Part shown: in pieces, positions 9,247 through 19,537 of the stretch
How positions within the stretch are numbered: the stretch's first letter is position 1
How the letters are laid out: each line of letters starts with the position of its first letter
Assembly (NCBI GenBank): GCA_041576165.1
Contig: JBFGLM010000022.1
Span: 1 to 64,000, forward strand
Direction of reading: 5' to 3'
Source: Acidimicrobiia bacterium
GTDB lineage: Bacteria > Actinomycetota > Acidimicrobiia > Spongiisociales > Spongiisociaceae
DNA length: 64,000 nt
Notes under the pieces: generated by a model
The model's database searches: none
What the model saw: the letters and a program-made list of their open reading frames with translations, nothing else
Told to the model about the DNA's origin: nothing
Translations under genes and position numbers: made by a program

Positions 9247-10801
9247 CCGGACGGGGCGGGCAGCGGAGCTGGCTGCGGCCCTCGATGGCATTGTTCGACG
9301 TCAGCTGGCAGAGATTCGTACCACCGCCACTCCAGGCGATGACGCTCGGCTCTACGACGTCGCCTTCCTCGCGGCCGGGGCCGATGCGGTTCGTGTGCTC
9401 GACCGAGCTGTGGCGGATGGTCGGGAATTGCTGGCACTCGACGTGCTGGCACGCCGAGCGTTGGCGGCGTGTGCCGATCTCGGCCTGCCCGAGGCGCTCG
9501 AGGCCGGTCTCGTGAGAGATATTCGGGCGGCGGCCGTCGCCGCCACCGACGGCGTCGTAGCGGGGTGGACCCCGAACTCACCCGACCTCGGCGACCCCGA
9601 CCTGCAGCTGCTCGCCCAATCATTCCGGGCATTTGCCGAGAACCACGTTGCGCCGCATGCCGCGGCCATCCACCAAAACGATCTCGACATACCGGAATCG
9701 ATCATTGCGGGTCTGGCCGAACTGGGGGCTTTCGGGATGTCGATCCCCACCACACTCGGTGGCTCGGCCGCCGACGGGGCTGGAATCATGGACCTGCGGC
9801 CGATGGCCATCGCAACCGAGGAGCTCTCTCGGGTTTCGCTTGGTGCAGCGGGCAGCCTCATCACCCGCCCTGAGATCCTCGCCCGGGCTCTGCTACGGGG
9901 CGGCACCCGCGACCAACAGAAGCAGTGGTTGCCCGAGATTGCTTCCGGCGCGGCCATGGTGGCCGTAGCAGTGACAGAACCGAATGCCGGGTCGGATGTG
10001 GCCGGTCTGCGCATGCAAGCCGTGGAGGATGGGGAGACATTCCGGCTGCGCGGCGCCAAGACCTGGTGCACATTCGCCGGCCGGGCCGAGCTGGTCATGG
10101 TGCTGGCCCGCACGGAGCCCGACGCGATGCTCGGCGCCCGTGGGCTTTCGCTCTTCGTCGTCGAAAAGGAACGCGCATCCGGCCGAAAGTTCCGCGCGAT
10201 CCAGCCGGCCGGCGGTGCGATCACCGGACGAGCGATACCCACGATCGGCTACCGGGGAATGCACAGCTTTGAGCTCGAGTTCGACGATTGGATAGTGCCG
10301 CTGGGCGCGCTCATCGGGGGCAGCGATTGGCGGGGGAGAGGTTTCCATCTGCAGATGGACGCTTTCGCGGCTGGGCGGCTGCAAACTGCGGCGCGGGCAG
10401 TCGGCCTGATGCAGGGGGCAACCGAAGCTGCGTTCGCATATGCAGCTGAGCGCACTGCATTCGGGTCGCCGATCATCGACCGGCCGTTGGTACGCCGGAT
10501 GCTGGGGGAACTGGCGGCGGTCACCCACCTGTATCGCAGCTACACGCTGGACGTCGCGCGGAACGCGGCATCCGACCGAGGCGGGCTGCGGCCGGCGATG
10601 GCCAAGGCCCTGTCGTGCCGGGCAGCGGAACAGGTCAGCCGAGACGCGATGCAACTGCACGGGGGTTACGGCTACGCCGAGGAGTACTCGGTGAGTCGGA
10701 TGTTCGTCGACGCCCGGGTGCTGTCGATCTTCGAAGGGACCGAGGAGGTGCTCGCCATGAAGGTCATCGGGCGCCGGCTCCTCACCGACCGGAATTCATA
10801 G
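9239..10801 (+). CDS. Acyl-CoA dehydrogenase, possibly (2S)-methylsuccinyl-CoA dehydrogenase-like
   Basis: AVTEPNAGSDVA, GYRGMHSFE, RLQTAARAVG, GGYGYAEEY and IFEGTEE, with an N-terminal helical extension as in Mcd-type enzymes. Substrate is inferred. Confidence 0.85.
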   Translation: MADRTGRAAELAAALDGIVRRQLAEIRTTATPGDDARLYDVAFLAAGADAVRVLDRAVADGRELLALDVLARRALAACADLGLPEALEAGLVRDIRAAAVAATDGVVAGWTPNSPDLGDPDLQLLAQSFRAFAENHVAPHAAAIHQNDLDIPESIIAGLAELGAFGMSIPTTLGGSAADGAGIMDLRPMAIATEELSRVSLGAAGSLITRPEILARALLRGGTRDQQKQWLPEIASGAAMVAVAVTEPNAGSDVAGLRMQAVEDGETFRLRGAKTWCTFAGRAELVMVLARTEPDAMLGARGLSLFVVEKERASGRKFRAIQPAGGAITGRAIPTIGYRGMHSFELEFDDWIVPLGALIGGSDWRGRGFHLQMDAFAAGRLQTAARAVGLMQGATEAAFAYAAERTAFGSPIIDRPLVRRMLGELAAVTHLYRSYTLDVARNAASDRGGLRPAMAKALSCRAAEQVSRDAMQLHGGYGYAEEYSVSRMFVDARVLSIFEGTEEVLAMKVIGRRLLTDRNS

Positions 10802-11698
10802 CAAGCGGAGGAGGACCGCCAGGGTGGGAATCGATGCAAGCGAGCCCGCCAGGATGATCGCCGTGGCCACCTCGGTCTCCAGGTCGTACTCCATGGCGAT
10901 CAGACCCGCCAACACGGCCGTGGGCATCGCAGCCAGGATGAGGCCCGAATCGCGTGCGTCGCCCTCGAGCCCGACGAGCAGCGCGATGCCGAGAAAGATG
11001 AGCGGCGCCACGATCAGCTTGACCAGATTCACGCGGGCGAGGCGCCAGAGATCGCGGGTCAGGTGCGATGCCGCCAGCTGCATGCCGAGCGTCAGGAGCA
11101 TGACCGGGATCATGGCGTCCGCCAGCAGGTCGACGAAGCGGGAGACAAACCTGGGCAGCGTGAGACCCGTCTGGGAAACGCCAACAGCGAACGGCGTGAC
11201 CGCAATGGCCGGCGTCGTGATCACACGCATCGCCGCTTCGCCCAACGTCCCGCTCCGCAGCCGGGCGGCGGCGGCGATGCTCAGGAAGAACACGCCCACG
11301 GTGACCGACAGGAAGTGCACGCCGGCGGCAGGCAAAGCCGCCTCGCCCAACGCGAACAACACGATCGGAAACCCGAGGTTGCCCACGTTGCCGAACGAGG
11401 CCGACATCACCTCCACAACCCGGCCCTCGCCCGGTAGGCGCACCGAAGCTGCCCAATAGAGCACCCAGACCGCCACCACCGTGCCGAGCGAGGCCACGAC
11501 CATCAGGCCAACCGGACCCTCCACCGCATCGGGATCAGCCAGGAGTCGAAAGATGAAGGCCGGGGCCAGCAGCCGGTAGGCGACCGCCGACATCGGGCGA
11601 TAGTCGAGACTCCACCGTCGCGCAGCCAGCGCGCCGACGGCCGCAACGCCGAACACGGGCGCCAGGACATCGACGAAGATTCCGAACAGTTCGTACAC
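10796..11698 (-). CDS. AEC (auxin efflux carrier) family transporter
   Basis: About 10 TMs with FGNVGNLGFP and AAMPTA motifs. Confidence 0.88.
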   Translation of the reverse strand: MYELFGIFVDVLAPVFGVAAVGALAARRWSLDYRPMSAVAYRLLAPAFIFRLLADPDAVEGPVGLMVVASLGTVVAVWVLYWAASVRLPGEGRVVEVMSASFGNVGNLGFPIVLFALGEAALPAAGVHFLSVTVGVFFLSIAAAARLRSGTLGEAAMRVITTPAIAVTPFAVGVSQTGLTLPRFVSRFVDLLADAMIPVMLLTLGMQLAASHLTRDLWRLARVNLVKLIVAPLIFLGIALLVGLEGDARDSGLILAAMPTAVLAGLIAMEYDLETEVATAIILAGSLASIPTLAVLLRLL

Positions 11699-11775
11699 GC
11701 TCCGAGGTGGTGCTCGCGTCTGCGGCGCACGTTACCCGCCGCCAGGCGGCCGTCCCGCGGTGAGAATCGTCGAGA

Positions 11776-12927
11776 TCAGGTTTGGTCGAGCGCCTGGGCG
11801 AGATCGGCGATGAGGTCCTCTGCATCCTCCAACCCCACCGAGAGCCGGACGAGCCCGTCGGTGATTCCGACTCGGGCCCGTTCCTCCGGCTCCACTGCTG
11901 CATGGGTCATGGTCACCGGATGGGTGATCAGCGACTCGACGGAACCCAGATTCTCCGCGAGGGTCCACAGCTGCACGTTATCCATCAGCTTCTTCCCGGC
12001 CTCGACCCCGCCCTCAACCTCAAACCAGAGCATCGCACCGTGTCCGGTGGCTTGGGACGCGGCCAGCTCGTATTGGGGAAAGCTGGCCAGACCGGGATAT
12101 GCAACAGCTGTGACGCGCTCATGGGCTTCGAGGAACTCTGCAACGGCCTGGGCATTGGCGGCCTGGCGGTCGAGCCGCTCGGATAGGGTCTTCACCCCCT
12201 GCAGGGTCAGCCAGGCCACGAAGGGCGACATGATCGTACCGGTCGAATTCTGGATGAACGCAATCTGCTCGGCCAGATCCTCGCTGGAGCAGACGACCGC
12301 ACCGCCGACCGTGGCATTGTGGCCGTCGAGGTACTTGGTGGTGGAGTGGACTACGAGGTCGGCGCCGAGCTCCAACGGACGCTGCCAATAGGGGGTCAGG
12401 AACGTGTTGTCAACCCCGTGAGGAATGCCGCGAGCCGATGTGATCTCGGAGATGCCCGCAATATCGGAGATCTTCAGCGTCGGGTTGGCCGGCGTCTCCG
12501 TGAAGACCAGCCGGGTGTTGTCGCGAATCGCAGCCTCCACCGCAGCCGGATCTGCTGTATCCGCGAAGGTGAACTCGACCCCGAAACGGGTGTAGACCTT
12601 GGTGGCGAGGCGGTATGTGCCGCCATACGCAACGTCGGAGACCACAGCGTGGGTGCCGGCTCCGAGAAGGCCCATGAAAACAGCGTTGGTGGCCGCCATC
12701 CCGGTGGCGAACGCAGCGGTGGCGTGTCCTCCCTCGAGTGCGGTCAAGCGGTTCTGCAGCGCCCCCACGGTCGGGTTGCCGGTTCGGGAGTAAGAGAAAC
12801 CCTTGCTCATGTATGCATCCACCGACGGCTGAACGAACGTCGTCGACTGGTGGATTGGAGGCAGGATGGCGCCGGTGGTGGGATCCGGCTCCACCCCCGC
12901 GTGCACTTGTTTGGTCCTGAAACCCAT
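11776..12927 (-). CDS. Cystathionine gamma-synthase/lyase family PLP enzyme
   Basis: YSRTGNPT, ETPANPTL, VDNTF, HSTTKYLDGH (PLP Lys) and LVRLSVGLE. True start is MGFRTKQ, not the track's 13656. Confidence 0.93.
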   Translation of the reverse strand: MGFRTKQVHAGVEPDPTTGAILPPIHQSTTFVQPSVDAYMSKGFSYSRTGNPTVGALQNRLTALEGGHATAAFATGMAATNAVFMGLLGAGTHAVVSDVAYGGTYRLATKVYTRFGVEFTFADTADPAAVEAAIRDNTRLVFTETPANPTLKISDIAGISEITSARGIPHGVDNTFLTPYWQRPLELGADLVVHSTTKYLDGHNATVGGAVVCSSEDLAEQIAFIQNSTGTIMSPFVAWLTLQGVKTLSERLDRQAANAQAVAEFLEAHERVTAVAYPGLASFPQYELAASQATGHGAMLWFEVEGGVEAGKKLMDNVQLWTLAENLGSVESLITHPVTMTHAAVEPEERARVGITDGLVRLSVGLEDAEDLIADLAQALDQT

Positions 12928-13023
12928 GACGCCACCTTTCGCGTGCGGCCCCAAGATAACCGGTCGGACTCGGGCTCGACTCCATGCCGGTCGAAACACC
13001 GGCCACACCGTATGCTCTGGCCG

Positions 13024-14016
13024 ATGGCGCTCCATATCACCACCACTGAGATGCACACCGGAGGGGAGCCGTTTCGGATAGTGGAAACCGGTTATCCGGA
13101 GCTGACCGGCCGCACGATCCTCGACAAGCGGGCCGAGGCCCGGGCGGAGCACGATCACATCCGCACCTTCCTGATGCATGAGCCCCGGGGCCACCGCGAC
13201 ATGTACGGCGGCATCCTGATCGAGCCGGATCTGTCCGGGGCCGACCTGGCTGTGCTGTTCATACACAACGAGGGGTATTCGACGATGTGCGGGCACGGCA
13301 CCATTGCGCTCGGGCGCTACGCCGTCGACACGGGCCTCGTCGCCCGTACCGAACCGGAGTCGATCGTCAATGTCCAGGCCCCCTGTGGCCTCGTGCGCAC
13401 CCGCGTCGCGACCGGGCCCAGCAGCACGGGCGCCGTCACCTTCACCAGCGTGGCTGCGTTCTTGTCCGAACCCGACGCCCAGGTGACCGTCGACGGCTGG
13501 GGCCGGGTTCGGTTCGACATTGCCTACGGCGGCGCGTTCTATGCCATCCTTCCGGCCGCCGAGTTTGCGCTGGACCTCGATGCCCCGGCGGCCCAGCTCA
13601 CCGCGGCAGCGGCCGCGCTCACCGAACACCTCCGAGCCACCCGCACCTTCGCTCACCCCGAGGAGCCGAACCTCAGCGGCGTCTATGGCACGATCCTCAC
13701 CGATGGAGGCGACGGCGCCGACCGGCCGAGCCGGAATGTTTGCGTGTTCGCCGATGCCCAGGTCGATCGGAGCCCCACCGGTTCCGGGGTCACTGCCCGC
13801 ATGGCCGCCCTAGCCGCCCGCGGGCGAACACGAGGACAACACGTTTTCGAAAGCCTCACCGGCAGCCAGATGACCGGGTCCGTCGCCGGCGAGGCCCGGG
13901 TAGGCGATATTCCGGCCGTGACAGTCGACGTCTCCGGTCGTGCCTACTACACCGGGCCCGCGGTATTCACGTTGGAAGAAGACGATCCGCTCAAGCACGG
14001 ATTCCTGCTGCGATGA
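13024..14016 (+). CDS. Proline racemase superfamily, trans-3-hydroxy-L-proline dehydratase type
   Basis: HTGGEPFR, EPRGHRDMYG, MCGHG (Cys) and DRSPTGSG (Thr in place of the second Cys). TATGCT -10 box before a leaderless start. Confidence 0.88.
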   Translation: MALHITTTEMHTGGEPFRIVETGYPELTGRTILDKRAEARAEHDHIRTFLMHEPRGHRDMYGGILIEPDLSGADLAVLFIHNEGYSTMCGHGTIALGRYAVDTGLVARTEPESIVNVQAPCGLVRTRVATGPSSTGAVTFTSVAAFLSEPDAQVTVDGWGRVRFDIAYGGAFYAILPAAEFALDLDAPAAQLTAAAAALTEHLRATRTFAHPEEPNLSGVYGTILTDGGDGADRPSRNVCVFADAQVDRSPTGSGVTARMAALAARGRTRGQHVFESLTGSQMTGSVAGEARVGDIPAVTVDVSGRAYYTGPAVFTLEEDDPLKHGFLLR

Positions 14017-14342
14017 TCGTGGAATGTCCCCAATGCGGCGAGTCAGATGACTTGACCGGCATCCGCGATGGGCAAAGCATTCAGGTGCAGTGCGGCGCCT
14101 GTGGTACCACTTGGGACCGGGATCTGGCGCCCATGTGTGACCGCTGCGGGGGAGACGACATGGTTCCGGTGGTGAAGGCGATCGTGGAAAAGGGGAGGGG
14201 CACCCAGCTGTCGGTGGTCGGTACCCGTGTTGTCCGCCTGTGCGCCGGCTGCGACGAAGCGGTGGTGCGCCGCTACTTCGATAACCGCCCCAACCCGCTC
14301 ATGCCGGACCAACTGCCCACCGTCGGCCCGGAACAGGCCTGA
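14013..14342 (+). CDS. Small zinc-ribbon protein with four CxxC pairs
   Basis: CPQC, CGAC, CDRC and CAGC. ATG overlaps the upstream stop (ATGA). Confidence 0.75.
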   Translation: MIVECPQCGESDDLTGIRDGQSIQVQCGACGTTWDRDLAPMCDRCGGDDMVPVVKAIVEKGRGTQLSVVGTRVVRLCAGCDEAVVRRYFDNRPNPLMPDQLPTVGPEQA

Positions 14343-14358
14343 GAATCCGCCGGTCAGC

Positions 14359-14751
14359 TCAAGCGAGCGAGCCGGTCTCGACCATGATGCAGGTGTCGGC
14401 CAGGAAGTCGAAAGGGCCCTGGGTGAGGCGCTCCATCACGGCCGGACTCTCGGCCCCGGGCTGGAGCCATATGTGTCGCAGGCCCTCCCGCTCGGCGTCG
14501 TCGAGGATGGTGAGGGTGACGTGCGGCGGGACCACGACGTTGACAATCGTCGGTGGGGCCGGCAGCGCAGACAGGTTGGGGTACGTCCGGTGGCCATGGA
14601 CCTCGGTGCGGTTGGGGTTGACCGGATAGACGGTGTAGCCCTTGCGGGTGAGATCCCGGAAGATCACCGATCCGTACTTGCGCGGATTCTCGGTCGCGCC
14701 AACAAGAGCAACGGTTGTATCCGGCTTGGTGAGTAGTTCTCGAAGGTTCAT
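14359..14751 (-). CDS. CoA-binding protein (YccU-like)
   Basis: VALVGAT...YPVNP...IWLQPGAES...CIMV. Confidence 0.9.
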   Translation of the reverse strand: MNLRELLTKPDTTVALVGATENPRKYGSVIFRDLTRKGYTVYPVNPNRTEVHGHRTYPNLSALPAPPTIVNVVVPPHVTLTILDDAEREGLRHIWLQPGAESPAVMERLTQGPFDFLADTCIMVETGSLA

Positions 14752-15926
14752 TCTCGTTCCAACCTTCCCGGTACCGAATAGCTTCCGGTGCACCATGCCT
14801 CGACCCGGGCCATCGCCTCGGTCACCTCGGCTGTTGACTCGGAGTACGAGAACCGAACGTAGCGGTGACCCCGCGGTGGATCGAAGTCGATCCCCGGTGT
14901 CACCGCCACTCCCAACTCTCGCAACCAGGTGGCGCAGAGGTTCTGGCTGTCGTCCGTCAGGTGGGCAACGTTCGCATAGACGTAGAAGGCTCCGTCCGAC
15001 GGCGCGAGCTCAGCGAATCCGGCTCGCTGGAGCGAGCCCACCACGATGTCCCGATTCGTCCGATAGCGCGCCACGTTTTGATCCAGCTCCTCGGTGCAAT
15101 CAAACGCGGCAACCGCTGCCAGCTGGGACAGCGTGGGCGGCGAGATGAACAGGTTCTGCGCCAGCCGTTCGATCGGGTCGACGAGATTGTCGGGGGCGAT
15201 GAGCCATCCGAGCCGCCAACCGGTCATTGAGTAGTACTTGGAGAAGCTCTGGAGGACAATTGCGTCCGAGGAGCAAGAGGCGGCCGATGCGGGGGGCCTG
15301 TCGTAGTCGATACCCTGGTAGATCTCGTCCGAGATGAGCCGGATATCGCTGCGATCGCAGTAGTTGATGAGGCTGCTCATCTCTTCGGGCCCATAGGCGG
15401 TACCGGTCGGGTTGGCGGGGGAGCCGATCACCACCCCGACTACCTCACCCACCTCCTCCAACAGCGCGGGGGTGATCGAGAAACGGGTTTCTGGACCCAG
15501 CGGTACGGCCACCACGTCTACCCCGAATGCCTCGAGCATGTTGCGATAACAGGGATATCCCGGTTCAGCCACGACCACTCGGTCTCCGGGGTCGAACGCC
15601 GCGAGGAATGACAAGACACAGCCGCCGGAGGCCCCGACCGTGACGATGACCCGTGCCGGGTCCACGGTCGTGTCATGGCGTTCAGCGTAGAAGCGGGCGA
15701 TCCGCTCCTTCAGCTCGGCGATGCCGGTGGCGGCGGTGTAACCGAGCCGATCCCGATCCAGCGCAGCTCGGGCCGCCGCAATGACGCCGGCCGGCGCAGA
15801 TGTCGAGGGCTGACCGACTTCCATGTGCAGGACCTCACCGCCCGCCCGCTCGCGTCGCTCAGCTGCCTTCATGACCTCCATCACATAGAACGGGGAGATC
15901 GCAGAGCGCCGGGCTGGGCCGCTCAC
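14748..15926 (-). CDS. Class I/II PLP-dependent aminotransferase
   Basis: SPANPTG, SDEIY and SFSKYYSMTGWRLG. Confidence 0.93.
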   Translation of the reverse strand: MSGPARRSAISPFYVMEVMKAAERRERAGGEVLHMEVGQPSTSAPAGVIAAARAALDRDRLGYTAATGIAELKERIARFYAERHDTTVDPARVIVTVGASGGCVLSFLAAFDPGDRVVVAEPGYPCYRNMLEAFGVDVVAVPLGPETRFSITPALLEEVGEVVGVVIGSPANPTGTAYGPEEMSSLINYCDRSDIRLISDEIYQGIDYDRPPASAASCSSDAIVLQSFSKYYSMTGWRLGWLIAPDNLVDPIERLAQNLFISPPTLSQLAAVAAFDCTEELDQNVARYRTNRDIVVGSLQRAGFAELAPSDGAFYVYANVAHLTDDSQNLCATWLRELGVAVTPGIDFDPPRGHRYVRFSYSESTAEVTEAMARVEAWCTGSYSVPGRLERE

Positions 15927-16804
15927 GGCTCACCCGCGTCGTAGTTCAGGAGTCGGGCGCCGTTCTCGAAACAAACCTGACGCATCCAGTCATCACCGAA
16001 GCCGAGCCGCTGCAAAACCTCGATCTGGTGGGCATAGCGATGGGGCATGTTGGGGAAGTCGGTCCCAAGCACGACCCGGTCGGGATGGCGGCCGATCGCG
16101 GTGACGACCTCAGGTGGCACCGTGGCGTCACGTTGAAACAGGTCGGTGAACGCCATGGTGGTGTCCCAGTGCACGTTGGGGTAGCGGATCCCCAGCTCCC
16201 ACAGTGGGATATAGTCGCGTCCGCCGAGATGCGCGATGACCAGGCACAGCTCGGGGTGTGCCTCGAGAACGTGGCGCAACCGATCGGCCCCCGTCCACGG
16301 CGTCGCCGTCGGGAATGCACCGGCGTGGATGACAACGGGCACCCGTGCGTCCTCCAGCTGGCGCCACACGTCGCGAAGGTTCGTATGCCAGGGGTCGTAA
16401 TTGCCTACAACCAGATGCACCTTGAATACCTCGGCACCGTTCTCGAGTGCCTCTGCGACATAGCTGGTTGCGTCATCGTCCGGGTAGAACGTGGCCGACT
16501 GGGCGCATTGGGGATGCTGGCGGGCGAACTGGACGTTCCAGTCGTTCAACCACGCCGCCATGCCCGGCCGGTGCGCGTAGTTCAGGGCGGTGAAGCGAAG
16601 GACACCCAGCTTCTCGAGTACCAGCACGCGTTCAGTCTCACTAGTCCGGTACTCGATCGGCCAGCGATGGCCTGTTCCCGCCCCGTCGAAATAGGCCCAT
16701 ACCTTGCGGAGCACACGATCCGGCATGAAGTGTGTGTGGATGTCTACGAAACCGGGGATACCGAGCGTGTGTGCCAGCGCCGGTAGGTCGTCGTCCGTGA
16801 GCAT
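15923..16804 (-). CDS. Amidohydrolase family 2 protein
   Basis: DIHTHF, FKVH, VIHAG, IAHLGG and LGTDFP. Confidence 0.88.
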   Translation of the reverse strand: MLTDDDLPALAHTLGIPGFVDIHTHFMPDRVLRKVWAYFDGAGTGHRWPIEYRTSETERVLVLEKLGVLRFTALNYAHRPGMAAWLNDWNVQFARQHPQCAQSATFYPDDDATSYVAEALENGAEVFKVHLVVGNYDPWHTNLRDVWRQLEDARVPVVIHAGAFPTATPWTGADRLRHVLEAHPELCLVIAHLGGRDYIPLWELGIRYPNVHWDTTMAFTDLFQRDATVPPEVVTAIGRHPDRVVLGTDFPNMPHRYAHQIEVLQRLGFGDDWMRQVCFENGARLLNYDAGEP

Positions 16805-16924
16805 TCCGCTATTCAAGCCGCAACGTCGGGCCTGGGCGCCTCCGAGTCTGGTGGGTCGTCGCCGGGAACCTCGCTGCGCACAGCGATGTATGCATGGCAA
16901 CAGGGTCATGAAAGGACCGACGCT

Positions 16925-17428
16925 GTGAAACTGGTCGCATTGGCTTGTGTGCTGAGTTTGGCCGTCTGGGCGTGTGGTACCGGGGCGGATGCCGCCACGG
17001 CGCCGTTCCAGTGCGAAGTCACGGTGCCCGACACCGGGTTCATCCCGCCTGGTAAGCACCCAGGCTCCGTCCCTGATCGATACGGGTCAGCGTGGTACGG
17101 CACACCCGATTTGTGGACGACGCTGGCACTGGGCGGAGAGCGCTGGTACGACCTTCCGGTGCACGACGACAGGCTGGGCCAGAAGCTCTTCTTCTTCAGT
17201 CAGGCGTACTTGCCCGAGCAGGAGCCGATGCCCGACATCATCGTCCGCGCCAAACGCCTCGACGGTCCCGGCGAGGCGACATCGGCCATGCCGGCCACGA
17301 ACGGCTCACACCCGGACTTGGGCTCATTCGCGGTGACCGGCATCGAACTTCCATCCGCCGGCTGCTGGCAACTGACCGCCTCTTACCGGGGCGCCCAGCT
17401 GACCTACGTCGTGGACGTATCGGCCTGA
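16925..17428 (+). CDS. Hypothetical lipoprotein
   Basis: Signal peptide with a lipobox-like VWAC and a C-terminal PSAGCWQLT motif. Confidence 0.7.
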   Translation: MKLVALACVLSLAVWACGTGADAATAPFQCEVTVPDTGFIPPGKHPGSVPDRYGSAWYGTPDLWTTLALGGERWYDLPVHDDRLGQKLFFFSQAYLPEQEPMPDIIVRAKRLDGPGEATSAMPATNGSHPDLGSFAVTGIELPSAGCWQLTASYRGAQLTYVVDVSA

Positions 17429-17549
17429 CCGGCGCCGGCTCTGTTCCTCCCCCAAAGAGCCGAACCCGGAGGGGGAGCGCGGCCCGATGAGCGGGCGTGT
17501 TCGGGCCCACCCGAGGATTTCTTCGCAATCCCGGTTCAGGGGTGTAGAA

Positions 17550-18086
17550 ATGTCGTGCCGGGCCGGTACGATCGGTGAGCGCACGGTCGACTCGCTGAGC
17601 AGGAACTGGTCGCCCTCTCGAGGGCCTGGTGAGCCAGGCCCGGGCCCGCCCAATCAGGCTGCTCGAAGACCTGGACCGGGCGCAGGTGGCCACTGGGGAT
17701 GGGTGCCGCAGCCTCCAGGAATGGGTGGCGGGACGCCTCGACGTCGCCCCCGCCACCGCCCAGGAGCTGGTGGGCCTGTCGCGCACCGCCCCCGCCCTGG
17801 TCACCGACAGGCTGGAAACAGGCGCCATGAGCGTTGATCGGGCGGTCGTCACCAGCCGGCTGGCATCCAGGCGTCGGATGGGTCCTAGCCGGGATCGAAC
17901 AGCCAGACATATCACCCCCCGATCACAGGGCGGCAGCCACCACCCGACAATCTCACCACCCTCTGCTGGTACCACCATCACATCGTCATCCACGGCCACG
18001 GCTATCAGATCGACCCCCACTCACCACCCGGCCGGCGCCGCTTCCTCAACCCGACCACCGCCACCGCCGGCCCCGGCCCACCCTGA
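17550..18086 (+). pseudogene. Decayed DUF222/13E12-type HNH endonuclease
   Basis: DUF222 N-terminus (LDRAQVATGDGCRSLQEWVAGRLDV) joins almost directly to the HNH part (HITPRSQGGSH / frameshift / DNLTTLCWYHH...HGHGYQI). Several frameshifts; the central region is missing. Confidence 0.8.
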
Positions 18087-18089
18087 CCA

Positions 18090-18165
18090 GGCAGCTCCAC
18101 CCCGACCAGCCACAAACCAACCGACCAGCCCCAACCCAACCCCCACCGCCCAACCCGCCACCAAC
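18090..18165. repeat. C/A-rich low-complexity tract (G-runs on the minus strand)
   Basis: CCCCAACCCAACCCCCACCGCCCAACCC at 18129-18156. Confidence 0.6.
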
Positions 18166-18253
18166 GGGACATCGGCGCGTCCCATCCCTCGGTCAATGCA
18201 GGCTGGATCGCCGATCGGCCAAGCGAACTCAGATCCGGCCGGATCTGATCGCG

Positions 18254-18892
18254 TCAGACCGTGCTGTACGAGACCTGGCAGAAGCCGTGATTGCAGTACC
18301 CGCCCGGATTCTTGGCGAGGTATTGCTGGTGGTAATCCTCTGCGTAGTAGAACTCGGGCGCCGGCAGGATCTCGGTCCTGATCGACCCAAAACCGGCCTC
18401 GGTCAGCGACTGCTGATAGCGATCCTGCGACCGCTTGGCCGCCTCGTGCTGCTCGTCGCTGAAGTAGTAGATCCCCGAGCGATATTGGGTCCCGACGTCG
18501 TTGCCTTGCCGGTTGAGCGTGGTCGGATCATGCTGCTCCCAGAACTGTCCGAGCAGCGTGTCGTAATCAACCTTGGCGGGGTCGTAGATGACGAACGCCA
18601 CCTCATTGTGGCCGGTCCGCCCGGTGCAAACCTCCTGGTAGGTGGGGTTGGGCGTGACGCCGCCGGCATACCCCACGGCGGTGGAATACACACCGGGGAT
18701 CTGCCAGAAGATCCGCTCTGCGCCCCAGAAACATCCCATGCCGAACAGCGCCTGCTCCACGCCCTCCGGCCACGGCCCCTGCAGCGGCGTACCGAGCACA
18801 TAGTGCTTTTCGGGCACCTCAACCGGGGTAGATCGACCGGGAAGCGCCTCGGGCGCAGTTGGCATTTCCATCTTCTTACGTCCGAAGACCAT
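18254..18892 (-). CDS. msrA: Peptide-methionine (S)-S-oxide reductase
   Basis: [22 protein letters not shown] and AEDYHQQYL. Confidence 0.96.
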   Translation of the reverse strand: MVFGRKKMEMPTAPEALPGRSTPVEVPEKHYVLGTPLQGPWPEGVEQALFGMGCFWGAERIFWQIPGVYSTAVGYAGGVTPNPTYQEVCTGRTGHNEVAFVIYDPAKVDYDTLLGQFWEQHDPTTLNRQGNDVGTQYRSGIYYFSDEQHEAAKRSQDRYQQSLTEAGFGSIRTEILPAPEFYYAEDYHQQYLAKNPGGYCNHGFCQVSYSTV

Positions 18893-18939
18893 GCTGAGCT
18901 CCTTGATTGCCCGATCACTGGGCCATGTACTCAGCCAGT

Positions 18940-18965
18940 AACCGGCGAGACGACCACGATGTTCC
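18940..18965 (-). promoter_or_regulatory. SigH/SigR-type promoter of msrA
   Basis: GGAAC-atcgtggtcgtctcgccg(18 nt)-GTT. Confidence 0.7.
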
Positions 18966-19126
18966 GCCCGGATCAGCGTATTCGTTTTCCGTAATATCTG
19001 GCGCCCAGAGGTGGTCGCTTCGGCCCGGCGAGAGAGGTCTGCGCAACCCGTCCGGGCCGCAACGGTCACAGACTCCAACGGCGGCGTTGTCCGCATATGC
19101 TGATGCATGACATCGAGGAAGGCCAC

Positions 19127-19537
19127 ATGTCCGGCGACTTCCCAACCGCCGAGATGGCGCTGACACACATTCTGGTGATTTCCGATCTCGACCGATCGCG
19201 CCGGTGGTACCGCGACGTCCTGGGCGCAGAGCTCTACGCACAGTATGGCGGCACGTCGATTGTGTTCTCGTTCAACGGCGCGTGGCTGTTGATCGTGACG
19301 GGCGCCGGGCCGACGGAAGACAAGCCGGACGTGACGTTCGCTGCTCCCGACGACCCCGACACTGTGGCCCACTCGGTCACGATCCGCGTACGTGATTGTG
19401 CCGCTGCGTATACGACGCTTCGGGACCGTGGCGCCAAGTTCTTGACGCCGCCGCATGACTGGGGAAGCGAGATACGGTGCTTCTTTCGCGACCCCGATGG
19501 TCATCTGTTCGAAATCAGCGAAACCAAGGGCAGATGA
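19127..19537 (+). CDS. VOC/glyoxalase family protein
   Basis: [16 protein letters not shown] and [12 protein letters not shown]. Confidence 0.9.
   Translation: MSGDFPTAEMALTHILVISDLDRSRRWYRDVLGAELYAQYGGTSIVFSFNGAWLLIVTGAGPTEDKPDVTFAAPDDPDTVAHSVTIRVRDCAAAYTTLRDRGAKFLTPPHDWGSEIRCFFRDPDGHLFEISETKGR

Noticed and set aside
11776-14016. Long overlapping ORFs 11776-13656 (-) and 12319-14016 (+) as giant fusion proteins
   Set aside because: The extensions are antisense shadows of each other; recognisable domains start at 12927 and 13024.
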